Origin: Octopus vulgaris
Lineage: Eukaryota
Assembly: GCA_951406725.2 (NCBI GenBank)
Contig: OX597826.1
Location: 82,770,001-82,834,000, forward strand
Direction: 5' to 3'
DNA: 64,000 nt
A model generated the notes under the pieces. It was not told where the DNA came from, ran no database searches, and saw nothing but the letters and a program-made list of their open reading frames with translations. Below are positions 29,076 to 46,153 of this stretch, piece after piece. Numbering within the stretch: the first letter of the stretch is position 1; every line of letters begins with the position of its first letter. A program made the position numbers and the translations under genes.

Positions 29076-29836
29076 TGATTGATTGATTGATTGATTCTAG
29101 TTTCAGCTTATGAGCTGTGGCCATGCTGGGGCACCGCCATTTGGTGTTGCTACTTGGTTTCACTTCATGGAGGCTTTCTAGCAACTGCTATTTGGTGCAT
29201 GAGAGAGTTCGATGCAGCTGCCCTCATCTGCCCCTCCTGCCGTGAAGTTGGTTCATCTGGGACACCTGACAGGAAGAGATCCAGCTTCATTTTAAAGACA
29301 TCTGTATCCACCCGATGCAGGTCTCTCAGGTTCTTCGGGAGGATATTGAAGAGCTGTGGGCCTCGGAAGCCCAGGCTATCACAGAATCTTGTCCTACATC
29401 TTGATGGCAGGTTTGGAGTCCTAGGCACCACGCAGTGGCGCCCAGTTCTGGCATTTGCGTAACTCTCGATGCCAAAGTTCAGGACACTTCCCTCCAGGAT
29501 CTTCCAGATGTATCTTATGGCATATCTTTCCCGCCTACGCTCCAGGGAATATAATTTTAATCTCTTGAGTCTTTCCCAGTAGGTTACATTCTGCATAGAG
29601 GCTATCTTCTTTGTGTAGCTTCGTTGGATCGCCTCAAGTTCTGTGATCAACTTGACACTGGATGGTGACCATAGCTGAGAGCAATAGTCAAAGTGGCTTA
29701 GGACAAGTGTCTTCCAGAGGACCATCATGGTTTCTTGTTCTCTTGTTCTAAAGGTTCTAAGAATCCATCCAGCCAGCCGTCTACATTTCATTGTCAGTTT
29801 AGCAACATGTACATGAAAGGTCGCGTCATCACTCAT
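29072..29836 (-). mobile_element. CR1-group LINE (family A), short 5'-truncated copy in (TA)n
   Basis: ORF 29165-29836 (DYCSQLWSP...LERRRERY...GPQLFNILP) with an (AATC)n tail. Nearly identical to 49739-50498. (TA)n on both sides. Confidence 0.95.
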
Positions 29837-31894
<2,058 letters not shown>

Positions 31895-31897
31895 AGA

Positions 31898-32828
<931 letters not shown>

Positions 32829-33162
32829 AAAGGGTAAAGACCCCCTTCGGTCATGAATGACAATGGGATTGCACCTAGAAAGTTACCCTCCTAGACACAA
32901 GTCCGGGCAAGGTTGTTTATGGAAGACCAGCAGTCGCCCATGCATACCAGCCTCCTCTCCACGCCACCAGTGTTATCCAAGGGAAAGACAAAGGTCGATA
33001 CAGCTTGGCACCTGTGACGTCGCAACTCATTTCTACAGCTGAGTGAACTGGAGCAACGTGAAATAAAGTGCCTTGCTCGAGAACACAACACGCAGCCCGG
33101 TCCGGGATTCGAGCTCATAACCTCACGATCGTAAGCTCGACGCTCTAACCACTGAGCCATGC
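32829..33162 (-). mobile_element. tRNA-derived SINE family 2 (CORE/OR-like)
   Basis: Minus strand begins GCATGGCTCAGTGGTTAGAGCG (A box)...GAGCTCGAATCCCGG (B-box-like), followed by the core-like TTCTCGAGCAAGGCACTTTATTTCACG. TA repeats on both sides. Confidence 0.82.
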
Positions 33163-33225
33163 ATATATATATATACATATATGTATATATATATGTATAT
33201 ATATATGTATAAATATATATGTATA

Positions 33226-33607
33226 TTTATACTCTTTTACTTGTTTCAGTCAATTGACTACGGCCATGTTGGAGCACAGCCTTTTATTCGAGAAAATCGA
33301 CCCCAGGACTTATTCTTTGTAAGCCCAGTACTTATTTTATCTGTCTCTTTTTGCCGAACCGCTAGGTTACGGGGGCGTAAACACACCGGTTGTCAAGCGA
33401 TGTTGGGGAGACAAACACAGACAGAAAAACACACATATACATATATACGACGGGCTTCTTTCAGTTTCCGTCTACCAAATCCACTCACAAGGCTTTGGTC
33501 TACCCGAGGCTATAGCAGAAGACACGTGCCCAAGGTGTCACGCAGTGGCACTGAACCCGGATCCATGTGGTTGGTAAGCAAGCTACTTACCACACAGCCA
33601 CTCCTCA
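33226..33607 (-). mobile_element. tRNA-derived SINE family 1
   Basis: Minus-strand head GAGGAGTGGCTGTGTGGTAAGTAGCTTGC...GGGTTCAGTGCC and tail GTGCTCCAACATGGCCGTAGTCAATTGACTGAAACAAGTAAAAGAGTATAA. Flanked by TA tracts. Confidence 0.9.
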
Positions 33608-33617
33608 TATATATGTA

Positions 33618-33662
<45 letters not shown>

Positions 33663-34159
33663 GCATATACATAAATATAGAGTAGTGGTACAACAAAGCA
33701 CCAATGTTTACTGGAAATAGCAGTCAATACTTCAATGTGTATATTACTGGCGAAGAGGTGCGAGGGCAGCAAACGTAAAATTGTTGTCTTACCTCTCGGA
33801 AGAACATTATATAAATGGGCAACCAGAATCGGATAATCCAGTACTTGGGTTTCGGACTCTTCAAATACATTTCTATTATAATACTTTGTCATTGAGACTT
33901 TTTTCACTGTTGTCGGATTAGAGACGGAGGCTGCTAGTGAGCACCGGCATTGCTAGAAATAAAAATCAAAACGACTCTTAGATATGTGAGAGCAATTTTC
34001 TAACGGCTGACGAGGAAGAAAGCTTCCCCTCCCAACATACACGTGTATGAATCTGTGTGCGTGCGTGCGCGTGTGTGTGTATCGTGCGTGCTTGCGTGCA
34101 TCCTTGTGTCTCTGTGTGTGTGCGTGTGTGCGCATGTGTGTGTGTGATAACGATAAATA

Positions 34160-34603
34160 CAGGAGCAAGCATGTCTCTGTCGTTCAGGAACTCGCTCGGT
34201 AGCGACGGGGTTTGGGGCTTACTTTCGACTGTGGCCCCGGAACGATCATATATGTCTTGTGAGAGATCTGGTGTCACGGAGACTTTGTAGAAGCCCATCT
34301 TATAAATGGGTGTGTATAGTGAGTGTGTATGTGCGTGCGTTCCTGTATTTCTCCCTTCCCCACCGTTTGGCAACATGTGTCGGTTTGTTTTCGTTCCCGT
34401 TATGTAGCGGTCCGACAGACAGACCGACAGAAGAGTACCACACTTTCAAAAATAAGTACTGGCGCGATCCGTTCGACTCCAACCGTTAAGGCCGTGCCCT
34501 GGCATGGCCTCAGTCCAATGATTAAAACATAATTGATAAAAGATAAATCTGGTGCTCCAGAATGACCGCAGTCTGGTGACTGAAACAAAAGGATAAAAGG
34601 ATA
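34160..34603 (+). mobile_element. Old SINE family 1 copy with two consecutive 3' tails
   Basis: Diverged body. Tail 1 GGCCGTGCCCTGGCATGGCCTCAGTCCAATGATTAAAAC (~34490-34545); tail 2 GGTGCTCCAGAATGACCGCAGTCTGGTGACTGAAACAAAAGGATAAAAGGATA (~34552-34603). Confidence 0.7.
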
Positions 34604-36253
34604 CTTTATATTTAACCATATTTTTTTTTATTTATGTGTAAATATATTTGGTGAAGAACAAAACACAAAGAACAAAAAAAAGTAAAAACGAAATGAATTT
34701 ACAATTGATGTTATTCGTTTGACGCCCGAAAAAAGGGTTCTTATATTTTGGACGTGATCCTTCCTTTGTCTGCGGATAAAGAGAAAGATCGGGACAAACT
34801 GGAAATGGAATATTATTTTAATCTTTTTGGAACTGATTCATTGTAATCATGAGAGAAGCATTGAGACCGACATAAACAACTTAATCCCTGTTTGGAAAAT
34901 ATTTGAATCAGGGATTATCTGAGAAATCCATTTCTTCAGCACTTTCCTTACCAAATATTCCGCTTTATTAACTGTATTGTGTGCCACACTGAATGTCTCA
35001 ACAGCTCATTCTACCGTTTTGTTGTTTCTTTCGTTGTATATATTCATACACTTTTCCTTGATATTTTTCGAATTTCATATTTGATATTACGAAATATATT
35101 CCAGGACATCCTATTCTTATACAAACAGACAAGACAATAGAAGAATTGTGTGACAGTGAAATTGTGTTTGGTAGTGTATACAATAGCGAGGTATTGAACA
35201 TGGTGATTATTATTGACAGGTGCTGTACTACAAGGCATTGAAGAGGAATCGGATGCAGTTGTGAACGTGAGTAAAATGGCGTTTGAAACTGATTGACTGT
35301 TTGGCGGGTTGAAGACCAAACTAACTGTAATAATCCTTTGAGTAGTTTTGGTGTTTCTAACGGTTGAGATCGAATCATATTACAAGACAATGTACAAAAT
35401 ATATTGATAAACATATGATCGTAAGAGAAAACGTGGCGGGGCTTGATAAACGAATAAGAATAGACATGTTAAGGAAAGTAAATATAAAAGTCCGACTTTA
35501 ACAAAATTACAACATCCTATCAACAAGAGAAACGTGTTGTTTTATTTGGAAACAAGGAAAAAAAAGTCTGTTTTCTTTCTAGGTTTGATACCTGTAGATT
35601 AGGGAGATATAAAAAGGAAGAAAACTGAGCGAGAACGAAAGGGAAAGAAATATTTAGAAAAAAGATTCTCCAGTAAATAATCAATGCATGGTGTTTATTT
35701 TTTCTGTTTGTATTTTTCAATTCGTACTTTTGTATAGCTGCAGAAAGCACCAGCTGTGGAGAGTAGTGAAACATCTGTCATATCAACGATTTCACTCTTC
35801 TCTACAATGCACAGAAATTATCTGTTTCAAACTGTACGTACCTACTATAGCATAAGTTTCAGCTACGTTCGTTTCATGTTTTCCTCTCGACTGCCAGTTC
35901 TTCCCATATTCTAGATTTTCTCAACCGGAATCCTAGATATGCTTGATAAAAGGATATCACAGTGTATCTTTAAAAGATGTTATATGACGCTATATTTCAA
36001 CAGACATTCATTTAATGTGGGCGTGCGCACACACACCCACACTCACGCACGCGCACGCATATACATACAAAGGTAGTTATGTGTATTTCTGTATATACAC
36101 ACAAATACACACACCCATATATATGTTAACAATGGCGTCTGCCGAAAATTTGTGTTAGATATTTCTTTCTTCTCCAGAGGAGCAACAAGAAACTCTTTCC
36201 TAAGGACCGCATGAGCACATTCATTACACGAAAAATGATTTAAATATATAAAC

Positions 36254-36314
<61 letters not shown>

Positions 36315-36419
36315 TTAAAAGACAACTAGAGAATGAGAAAAGACACGCACAAACCCACAAAGATAATGAGAGGGAGAGAAATAATGAAAGTTACACATCT
36401 ATATATCTGTATCTATCTC

Positions 36420-36486
<67 letters not shown>

Positions 36487-37898
36487 ACATATATATATGT
36501 ATATATCGATATGTATATGTGTGTGTGTATGTATATGTACCTTTACATATAGATATATATACAGATCTTTATACGATGTATATCTATGTGTTATGTGTAA
36601 GTGAGACTATTTTCATGTTTGTGAATTATACACTAAAAGCAAAAGAAAAGAAGAAAAGGAAGAGGAACCAAAACTTTACCGTTTTAAATGTGTCTGGTTT
36701 TGTTGCGTTTTATTGGAACAAATGCCGTCTCCCACCAAACTTTTGTCCTATTTCACCCCAAAACTGATTTATTATTAGAGCTAAAATATTGAATATTTAT
36801 GATGCTATCAAAGATTTATTCAAGAGAACACGAACCTACATATGCTTACAAATACATACAAACACACAAAAGTACAGCATATATTTACATGCAGAAAGAA
36901 ATAAAGAAACTTTCTCCAACAACACAACAACAAACACACAACTCTCTCTGACTTTCACTCTGTCTATATACGTGTGCGAGTGTGCGCCCGTGTGACTGTG
37001 AGCCTATACTTACAATGATATACATACAACAATGCATATAAGTATAGATATACTTCTTTATACGCACACACTCTTATATAAATGTATTCGATGGAAAAGA
37101 GGGGGAATGGGTTTATTATTGCTTTTATATAGTTTTATAAGTGACTGCATACCAACATATAGATATTTAGATGTATGGGAAGTTGTGTGTATGTGTGTGT
37201 GTGTGTGTACATGCACATACATACACTCAAACATACATGCACACATCTCTATGTATATGCATATCTATATTTGTATATGCATATATATATATATTTATAT
37301 ATATATATATATATATATACACATACATACATACACATAGATACCCACACAAATGTATACGTGTACGTGTACGTGTGTGTCTGTGTGTGTGTGTGTGTAC
37401 CGTTAGATATGGAAACGGTATTTTTTTATATATTTGCGTGAAAAAATAATACAAGTATAATTTTCACTCGTAAATTTTCTCATTCATATAAAACATCTGT
37501 TAGAATAGGTTTCTTACTGTCAACAGAACTTCGTTGCTGATAGTAGACCAACAGCTGTCGCATGCAAGTTTTGACTCTGTAACTGTGCGTATGTGTGTGT
37601 GTTTGTATGTGTGTTTGTGTGCAGGTATGTACATTATATGTATATGCGTCTATGCGTGTATGTATATGTGTGTGTATCTGTGCGATATATGTTACTGATT
37701 TTAAATGTCAAAATTTCAATGATGCGATAAATGTAATCGAGATACTGCATCGAACAATATCTTCTAAGCTATCCACAATACCAGAATCTTTGAGGTATGG
37801 CTTAGTTACAGAATGAATTTCGGTTCTGCAGTGCTACCCAGTTTCAGCGACCAAACTTTTGGAAAACATTATGTCGCCCGCAAACTGTATTGCTAATC

Positions 37899-37998
37899 NN
37901 NNNNNNNNNNNNNNNNNNNNNNNNNNNNNNNNNNNNNNNNNNNNNNNNNNNNNNNNNNNNNNNNNNNNNNNNNNNNNNNNNNNNNNNNNNNNNNNNNN
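37899..37998. other. Assembly gap (100 N)
   Basis: Run of exactly 100 N, a standard scaffolding spacer. Confidence 0.99.
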
Positions 37999-38003
37999 TA
38001 TAT

Positions 38004-38339
38004 AAAGGGTAAAGACCCCCTTCGGTCATGAATGACAATGGGATTGCACCTAGAAAGTTACCCTCCTAGACACAAGTCCGGGCAAGGTTGTTTATGGAAG
38101 ACCAGCAGTCGCCCATGCATACCAGCCTCCCCTCTCCACGCCACCAGTGTTATCCAAGGGAAAGACAAAGGTCGATACAGCTTGGCACCTGTGACGTCGC
38201 AACTCATTTCTACAGCTGAGTGAACTGGAGCAACGTGAAATAAAGTGCCTTGCTCGAGAACACAACACGCAGCCCGGTCCAGGATTCGAGCTCATAACCT
38301 CACGATCGTAAGCTCGACGCTCTAACCACTGAGCCATGC
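38004..38339 (-). mobile_element. SINE family 2 (duplicate of 32829-33162)
   Basis: Same sequence within the duplicated block. Confidence 0.82.
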
Positions 38340-38387
38340 ATATATATATATATATATGTATATATATATGTATAAATATATATGTAT

Positions 38388-38769
38388 ATTTATACTCTTT
38401 TACTTGTTTCAGTCAATTGACTACGGCCATGTTGGAGCACAGCCTTTTATTCGAGAAAATCGACCCCAGGACTTATTCTTTGTAAGCCCAGTACTTATTT
38501 TATCTGTCTCTTTTTGCCGAACCGCTAGGTTACGGGGGCGTAAACACACCGGTTGTCAAGCGATGTTGGGGAGACAAACACAGACAGAAAAACACACATA
38601 TACATATATACGACGGGCTTCTTTCAGTTTCCGTCTACCAAATCCACTCACAAGGCTTTGGTCTACCCGAGGCTATAGCAGAAGACACGTGCCCAAGGTG
38701 TCACGCAGTGGCACTGAACCCGGATCCATGTGGTTGGTAAGCAAGCTACTTACCACACAGCCACTCCTC
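38388..38769 (-). mobile_element. SINE family 1 (duplicate of 33226-33607)
   Basis: Same sequence within the duplicated block. Confidence 0.88.
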
Positions 38770-38784
38770 ATATATATATATGTA

Positions 38785-38821
<37 letters not shown>

Positions 38822-39318
38822 GCATATACATAAATATAGAGTAGTGGTACAACAAAGCACCAATGTTTACTGGAAATAGCAGTCAATACTTCAATGTGTA
38901 TATTACTGGCGAAGAGGTGCGAGGGCAGCAAACGTAAAATTGTTGTCTTACCTCTCGGAAGAACATTATATAAATGGGCAACCAGAATCGGATAATCCAG
39001 TACTTGGGTTTCGGACTCTTCAAATACATTTCTATTATAATACTTTGTCATTGAGACTTTTTTCACTGTTGTCGGATTAGAGACGGAGGCTGCTAGTGAG
39101 CACCGGCATTGCTAGAAATAAAAGTCAAAACGACTCTTAGATATGTGAGAGCAATTTTCTAACGGCTGACGAGGAAGAAAGCTTCCCCTCCCAACATACA
39201 CGTGTATGAATCTGTGTGCGTGCGTGCGTGTGTGTGTGTATCGTGCGTGCTTGCGTGCATCCTTGTGTCTGTGTGTGTGTGCGTGTGTGCGCATCTGTGT
39301 GTGTGATAACGATAAATA

Positions 39319-39762
39319 CAGGAGCAAGCATGTCTCTGTCGTTCAGGAACTCGCTCGGTAGCGACGGGGTTTGGGGCTTACTTTCGACTGTGGCCCCGGA
39401 ACGATCATATATGTCTTGTGAGAGATCTGGTGTCACGGAGACTTTGTAGAAGCCCATCTTATAAATGGGTGTGTATAGTGAGTGTGTATGTGCGTGCGTT
39501 CCTGTATTTCTCCCTTCCCCACCGTTTGGCAACATGTGTCGGTTTGTTTTCGTTCCCGTTATGTAGCGGTCCGACAGACAGACCGACAGAAGAGTACCAC
39601 ACTTTCAAAAATAAGTACTGGCGCGATCCGTTCGACTCCAACCGTTAAGGCCGTGCCCTGGCATGGCCTCAGTCCAATGATTAAAACATAATTGATAAAA
39701 GATAAATCTGGTGCTCCAGAATGACCGCAGTCTGGTGACTGAAACAAAAGGATAAAAGGATA
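39319..39762 (+). mobile_element. Old SINE family 1 with double tail (duplicate of 34160-34603)
   Basis: Same sequence within the duplicated block. Confidence 0.7.
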
Positions 39763-41412
39763 CTTTATATTTAACCATATTTTTTTTTATTTATGTGTAA
39801 ATATATTTGGTGAAGAACAAAACACAAAGAACAAAAAAAAGTAAAAACGAAATGAATTTACAATTGATGTTATTCGTTTGACGCCCGAAAAAAGGGTTCT
39901 TATATTTTGGACGTGATCCTTCCTTTGTCTGCGGATAAAGAGAAAGATCGGGACAAACTGGAAATGGAATATTATTTTAATCTTTTTGGAACTGATTCAT
40001 TGTAATCATGAGAGAAGCATTGAGACCGACATAAACAACTTAATCCCTGTTTGGAAAATATTTGAATCAGGGATTATCTGAGAAATCCATTTCTTCAGCA
40101 CTTTCCTTACCAAATATTCCGCTTTATTAACTGTATTGTGTGCCACACTGAATGTCTCAACAGCTCATTCTACCGTTTTGTTGTTTCTTTCGTTATATAT
40201 ATTCATACACTTTTCCTTGATATTTTTCGAATTTCATATTTGATATTACGAAATATATTCCAGGACATCCTATTCTTATACAAACAGACAAGACAATAGA
40301 AGAATTGTGTGACAGTGAAATTGTGTTTGGTAGTGTATACAATAGCGAGGTATTGAACATGGTGATTATTATTGACAGGTGCTGTACTACAAGGTATTGA
40401 AGAGGAATCGGATGCAGTTGTGAACGTGAGTAAAATGGCGTTTGAAACTGATTGACTGTTTGGCGGGTTGAAGACCAAACTAACTGTAATAATCCTTTGA
40501 GTAGTTTTGGTGTTTCTAACGGTTGAGATCGAATCATATTACAAGACAATGTACAAAATATATTGATAAACATATGATCGTAAGAGAAAACGTGGCGGGG
40601 CTTGATAAACGAATAAGAATAGACATGTTAAGGAAAGTAAATATAAAAGTCCGACTTTAACAAAATTACAACATCCTATCAACAAGAGAAACGTGTTGTT
40701 TTATTTGGAAACAAGGAAAAAAAAGTCTGTTTTCTTTCTAGGTTTGATACCTGTAGATTAGGGAGATATAAAAAGGAAGAAAACTGAGCGAGAACGAAAG
40801 GGAAAGAAATATTTAGAAAAAAGATTCTCCAGTAAATAATCAATGCATGGTGTTTATTTTTTCTGTTTGTATTTTTCAATTCGTACTTTTGTATAGCTGC
40901 AGAAAGCACCAGCTGTGGAGAGTAGTGAAACATCTGTCATATCAACGATTTCACTCTTCTCTACAATGCACAGAAATTATCTGTTTCAAACTGTACGTAC
41001 CTACTATAGCATAAGTTTCAGCTACGTTCGTTTCATGTTTTCCTCTCGACTGCCAGTTCTTCCCATATTCTAGATTTTCTCAACCGGAATCCTAGATATG
41101 CTTGATAAAAGGATATCACAGTGTATCTTTAAAAGATGTTATATGACGCTATATTTCAACAGACATTCATTTAATGTGGGCGTGCGCACACACACCCACA
41201 CTCACGCACGCGCACGCATATACATACAAAGGTAGTTATGTGTATTTCTGTATATACACACAAATACACACACCCATATATATGTTAACAATGGCGTCTG
41301 CCGAAAATTTGTGTTAGATATTTCTTTCTTCTCCAGAGGAGCAACAAGAAACTCTTTCCTAAGGACCGCATGAGCACATTCATTACACGAAAAATGATTT
41401 AAATATATAAAC

Positions 41413-41468
<56 letters not shown>

Positions 41469-41574
41469 TTAAAAGACAACTAGAGAATGAGAAAAAGACA
41501 CGCACAAACCCACAAAGATAATGAGAGGGAGAGAAATAATGAAAGTTACACATCTATATATCTGTATCTATCTC

Positions 41575-41643
<69 letters not shown>

Positions 41644-42434
41644 ACATATATATATGTATATATCGATATGTATATGTGTGTGTGTATGTATATGTACCTT
41701 TACATATAGATATATATACAGATCTTTATACGATGTATATCTATGTGTTACGTGTAAGTGAGACTATTTTCATGTTTGTGAATTATACACTAAAAGCAAA
41801 AGAAAAGAAGAAAAGGAAGAGGAACCAAAACTTTACCGTTTTAAATGTGTCTGGTTTTGTTGCGTTTTATTGGAACAAATGCCGTCTCCCACCAAACTTT
41901 TGTCCTATTTCACCCCAAAACTGATTTATTATTAGAGCTAAAATATTGAATATTTATGATGCTATCAAAGATTTATTCAAGAGAACACGAACCTACATAT
42001 GCTTACAAATACATACAAACACACAAAAGTACAGCATATATTTACATGCAGAAAGAAATAAAGAAACTTTCTCCAACAACACAACAACAAACACACAACT
42101 CTCTCTGACTTTCACTCTGTCTATATACGTGTGCGAGTGTGCGCCCGTGTGACTGTGAGCCTATACTTACAATGATATACATACAACAATGCATATAAGT
42201 ATAGATATACTTCTTTATACGCACACACTCTTATATAAATGTATTCGATGGAAAAGAGGGGGAATGGGTTTATTATTGCTTTTATATAGTTTTATAAGTG
42301 ACTGCATACCAACATATAGATATTTAGATGTATGGGAAGTTGTGTGTATGTGTGTGTGTGTGTGTACATGCACATACATACACTCAAACATACATGCACA
42401 CATCTCTATGTATATGCATATCTATATTTGTATA

Positions 42435-42482
<48 letters not shown>

Positions 42483-43116
42483 CATACATACACATACATA
42501 CATACACACACATAGATACCCACACAAATGTATACGTGTACGTGTGTGTCTGTGTGTGTGTGTGTGTACCGTTAGATATGGAAACGGTATTTTTTATATA
42601 TTTGCGTGAAAAAATAATACAAGTATAATTTTCACTCGTAAATTTTCTCATTCATATAAAACATCTGTTAGAATAGGTTTCTTACTGTCAACAGAACTTC
42701 GTTGCTGATAGTAGACCAACAGCTGTCGCATGCAAGTTTTGACTCTGTAACTGTGTGTATGTGTGTGTGTGTTTGTATGTGTGTTTGTGTGCAGGTATGT
42801 ACATTATATGTATATGCGTCTATGCGTGTATGTATATGTGTGTGTATCTGTGCGATATATGTTACTGATTTTAAATGTCAAAATTTCAATGATGCGATAA
42901 ATGTAATCGAGATACTGCATCGAACAATATCTTCTAAGCTATCCACAATACCAGAATCTTTGAGGTATGGCTTAGTTACAGAATGAATTTCGGTTCTGCA
43001 GTGCTACCCAGTTTCAGCGACCAAACTTTTGGAAAACATTATGTCGCCCGCAAACTGTATTGCTAATCTGTTTTTAAATCATGAAAAATTATTTCTCAAG
43101 GTATAAACATACAGGC

Positions 43117-43172
<56 letters not shown>

Positions 43173-43223
43173 ACGCATGTCTTTGATCGTGTGTATCTTC
43201 ATATATATTTATTTATGTATGAG

Positions 43224-43262
<39 letters not shown>

Positions 43263-43268
43263 GTATGA

Positions 43269-43303
<35 letters not shown>

Positions 43304-43316
43304 CATATGTAGATTA

Positions 43317-43408
<92 letters not shown>

Positions 43409-44434
43409 ATAAATATACATACGCACATGCTCACATTTACGCATACTTATATATATAATTTTCTAGGTGTGAATTACTCTCTGGCGATCATGATATTTGC
43501 CATCTCCCTTCTACCGGTCACGTTGACTTGGAAACTGGAATCATCACATAGTGAAATGATAAGAGCAAAGAGAAAATTCTCGAGGGGCGACGTGTTCAGG
43601 AGGGATGAAGGAAGGAAGGAAGGAATAAATGCGGTGCCTGTAGATGTGACACAACAAGTGTGAGAGAATAAAAGGAAATACAAAGAGAATAGGAAGACAT
43701 GAGGTGTTGAGCAAAGGTTATTGTATTTGCAGTAAACATATATATAATATATACGCACACACGCACACACGCGCACACAAGCACACACACGTACATAAAC
43801 ACACAAATACTGACGCACAAATGTGTTTGCACATTTAGGCATGTTTGCACATTAACTCAGATTGTAAAGCGAGAAGGAAAGTCTCTAAGTATTTTCTCCG
43901 GTAACGATTCTGCCTTGGTGCCAGCAGATGTTCATAGCATTATTTATATATTTTTAATGTCAGTTTTCTCTTCATAATCACAAAGTAATCGAAGCCAATT
44001 TACTTTCATTATCATAAGTTATCAATTATAATAATAATAAAAGGTCTTATCTCTATATTCCGGCGGATTGGCAAAAGTTTGAAGTGTTTGACCAAAAGCC
44101 CGGTTGTGTTTCTTCCGGTTATTTGCATTCTGAATTCGCCTACGGTAGTACTGTTGCCATGGTACAAGGGACCTTGTATTTTCCTTGATTAAAGGTTATG
44201 GAGAAGAGAGAATTTTTTCAAGTTGAGATAAAAGTCTATCAGACAAAAAAGAGAAAAAAACACTAGCCAACTTTACGCTGGAGAGTGGAACATTTCATTT
44301 ACAGACGCCGCCGTAATTTTAGATTGACCCCTATCTTGTTGTCTTCAAGCATCGTATAACAATCGTTTTTATCAATTTTAAATTTTTAGGAATATTTTGC
44401 TACAGTCATTTATGTCATAATTTAGAATCTCGCC

Positions 44435-44849
44435 CAGGGATGGGCAACTTTTCGTCAACTGAGGGCCGCATCCTACCATTTCCAAGGAGAGAGACGCATG
44501 ACGAAACACATATGCATGAAATATTACTTACCCGCTTTACACTGAAGGTTTTTGCAGTTCTTCTTCATGTTCATTTGTCTTAGTATGAAGGATTACAAAG
44601 AGCTGGCATCTCTTACATTATTTCCTAATGATAATAATGGAGATTACTAGTGTAAATAAATTATAGTTCAAAATATTGAGGTAACAAAAAAAAAAAGCAA
44701 AACCAAAATTCATCGATATTTTATTAAAGAGCAAATTTCATGATCTGTATCAATGAGAGTTTGGCACACTCATATTCTTTACTATATTTTTCGCTTGTAG
44801 AAATTAATAACCTCGAAGCTCGTCGCCGGCCGCAGGTTGCCCATGCACG
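44435..44849. mobile_element. Possible non-autonomous hAT-like element
   Basis: Left end CAGGGATGGGCAAC...GAGGGCCGCAT; right end GGCCGCAGGTTGCCCATGCACG is an imperfect inverse. No clear 8-bp TSD. Confidence 0.4.
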
Positions 44850-46153
44850 ACCAGCCGAAGTCAGCTTCGCTTTGCATCTTGCCGTAGTCGATGTAGAAAG
44901 AATTAACATATCTTAGAAGTACCGCGAGACAACTAAACAATGAAATGGAATCTAATATAATTGACTGAATCTACAGTAATGTGTAGGACATGGGTTTCTT
45001 TGAGCGATTTATTAGGCTTTAGCAAAATCACAACAGAAAAATTATTTCTTTCATCCGAATTTTCTCTGTTGTTTCAAAATAGTTAAACGAAAGCAAATAA
45101 AACTGTTCGACGAAAACATAAAATGTATTTCTCTTACAATTGTCGTTGTTCCTTTCGCTGCTTTTGTTGTTGTTATTCAAGTACTTGTACTCAGAATAAA
45201 ATAAAATATTAACGTTCCTTCATATTCAAAGTAAACAACAAACATTATTAAATGATGTTATAAAAGGCGTAAATAATTAAACACAACCAGGCATACTGTG
45301 GCTAATTAGCTTAATATTGGCTGATGTATGAAATTACAGAGGAAAATTGAATCAGTGGTTGGGAGACGGAAGAACTGAGATGTACGTCCATACACACTCG
45401 CAATTAGAAACGCAAACCTATGCATCAAGGTATCTTCCATTTATATATATATATGTGTGTGTATATGATTACGCATGCTTATACACACTTATATGTGCAT
45501 AATTAAAATACACCTGCACAGACACAGGTGCGTGTGCGCGTGTATATATATATATATACATTTATGCATATATTCATACTTATTTCCACACACGCATACA
45601 CATAACGCACACATATATATGTGTGTTATATTTTTACATATTAATGTGCACGTGTTTGTGTGTGTCTTTGTGTGTGTGCGTGTGTGTGTGCGGTTCCATA
45701 TTACATATATGTGTAATTGTAAATATTTAAATGCAGTAATTATTTAAAAGTTAAATTTACCTTATTCTAACATTGTCTCTGCCTTCGGCTTTCTCTCTCT
45801 CTCTCTCTCTTTCTCCCTCTTCATTTCTGCCTTTCTTTCTCTCTCTCTCTCTCCCTCTGTTTCTCTCTCTCCCTCTCTGTTCCAAATATACTTATTTCAC
45901 TCTCTCACTTGTTTGATCCTCAGCTACGACCTTGCTGGGGCACAGAATTCAAACATTTTAGTCAATCATGCTGGAGCTAACAATTATTGTTTCCTTGTAT
46001 TTATTTTATGGAAATCCAATTAACAAAGCCATTAATGAAGTGGACTGAAAGAACCACATGCAAATGCTGCCGAGACACAGGCCTAGATTAGAAAACACCT
46101 TCACAAACACACACACGCACTCGGACACACTCGGACATACACACACACACACA

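Noticed and set aside
33085-33162. tRNA-like sequence with A and B boxes on the minus strand
   Set aside because: It continues directly into a SINE body and has no clear acceptor stem, so it is a SINE head rather than a tRNA gene.
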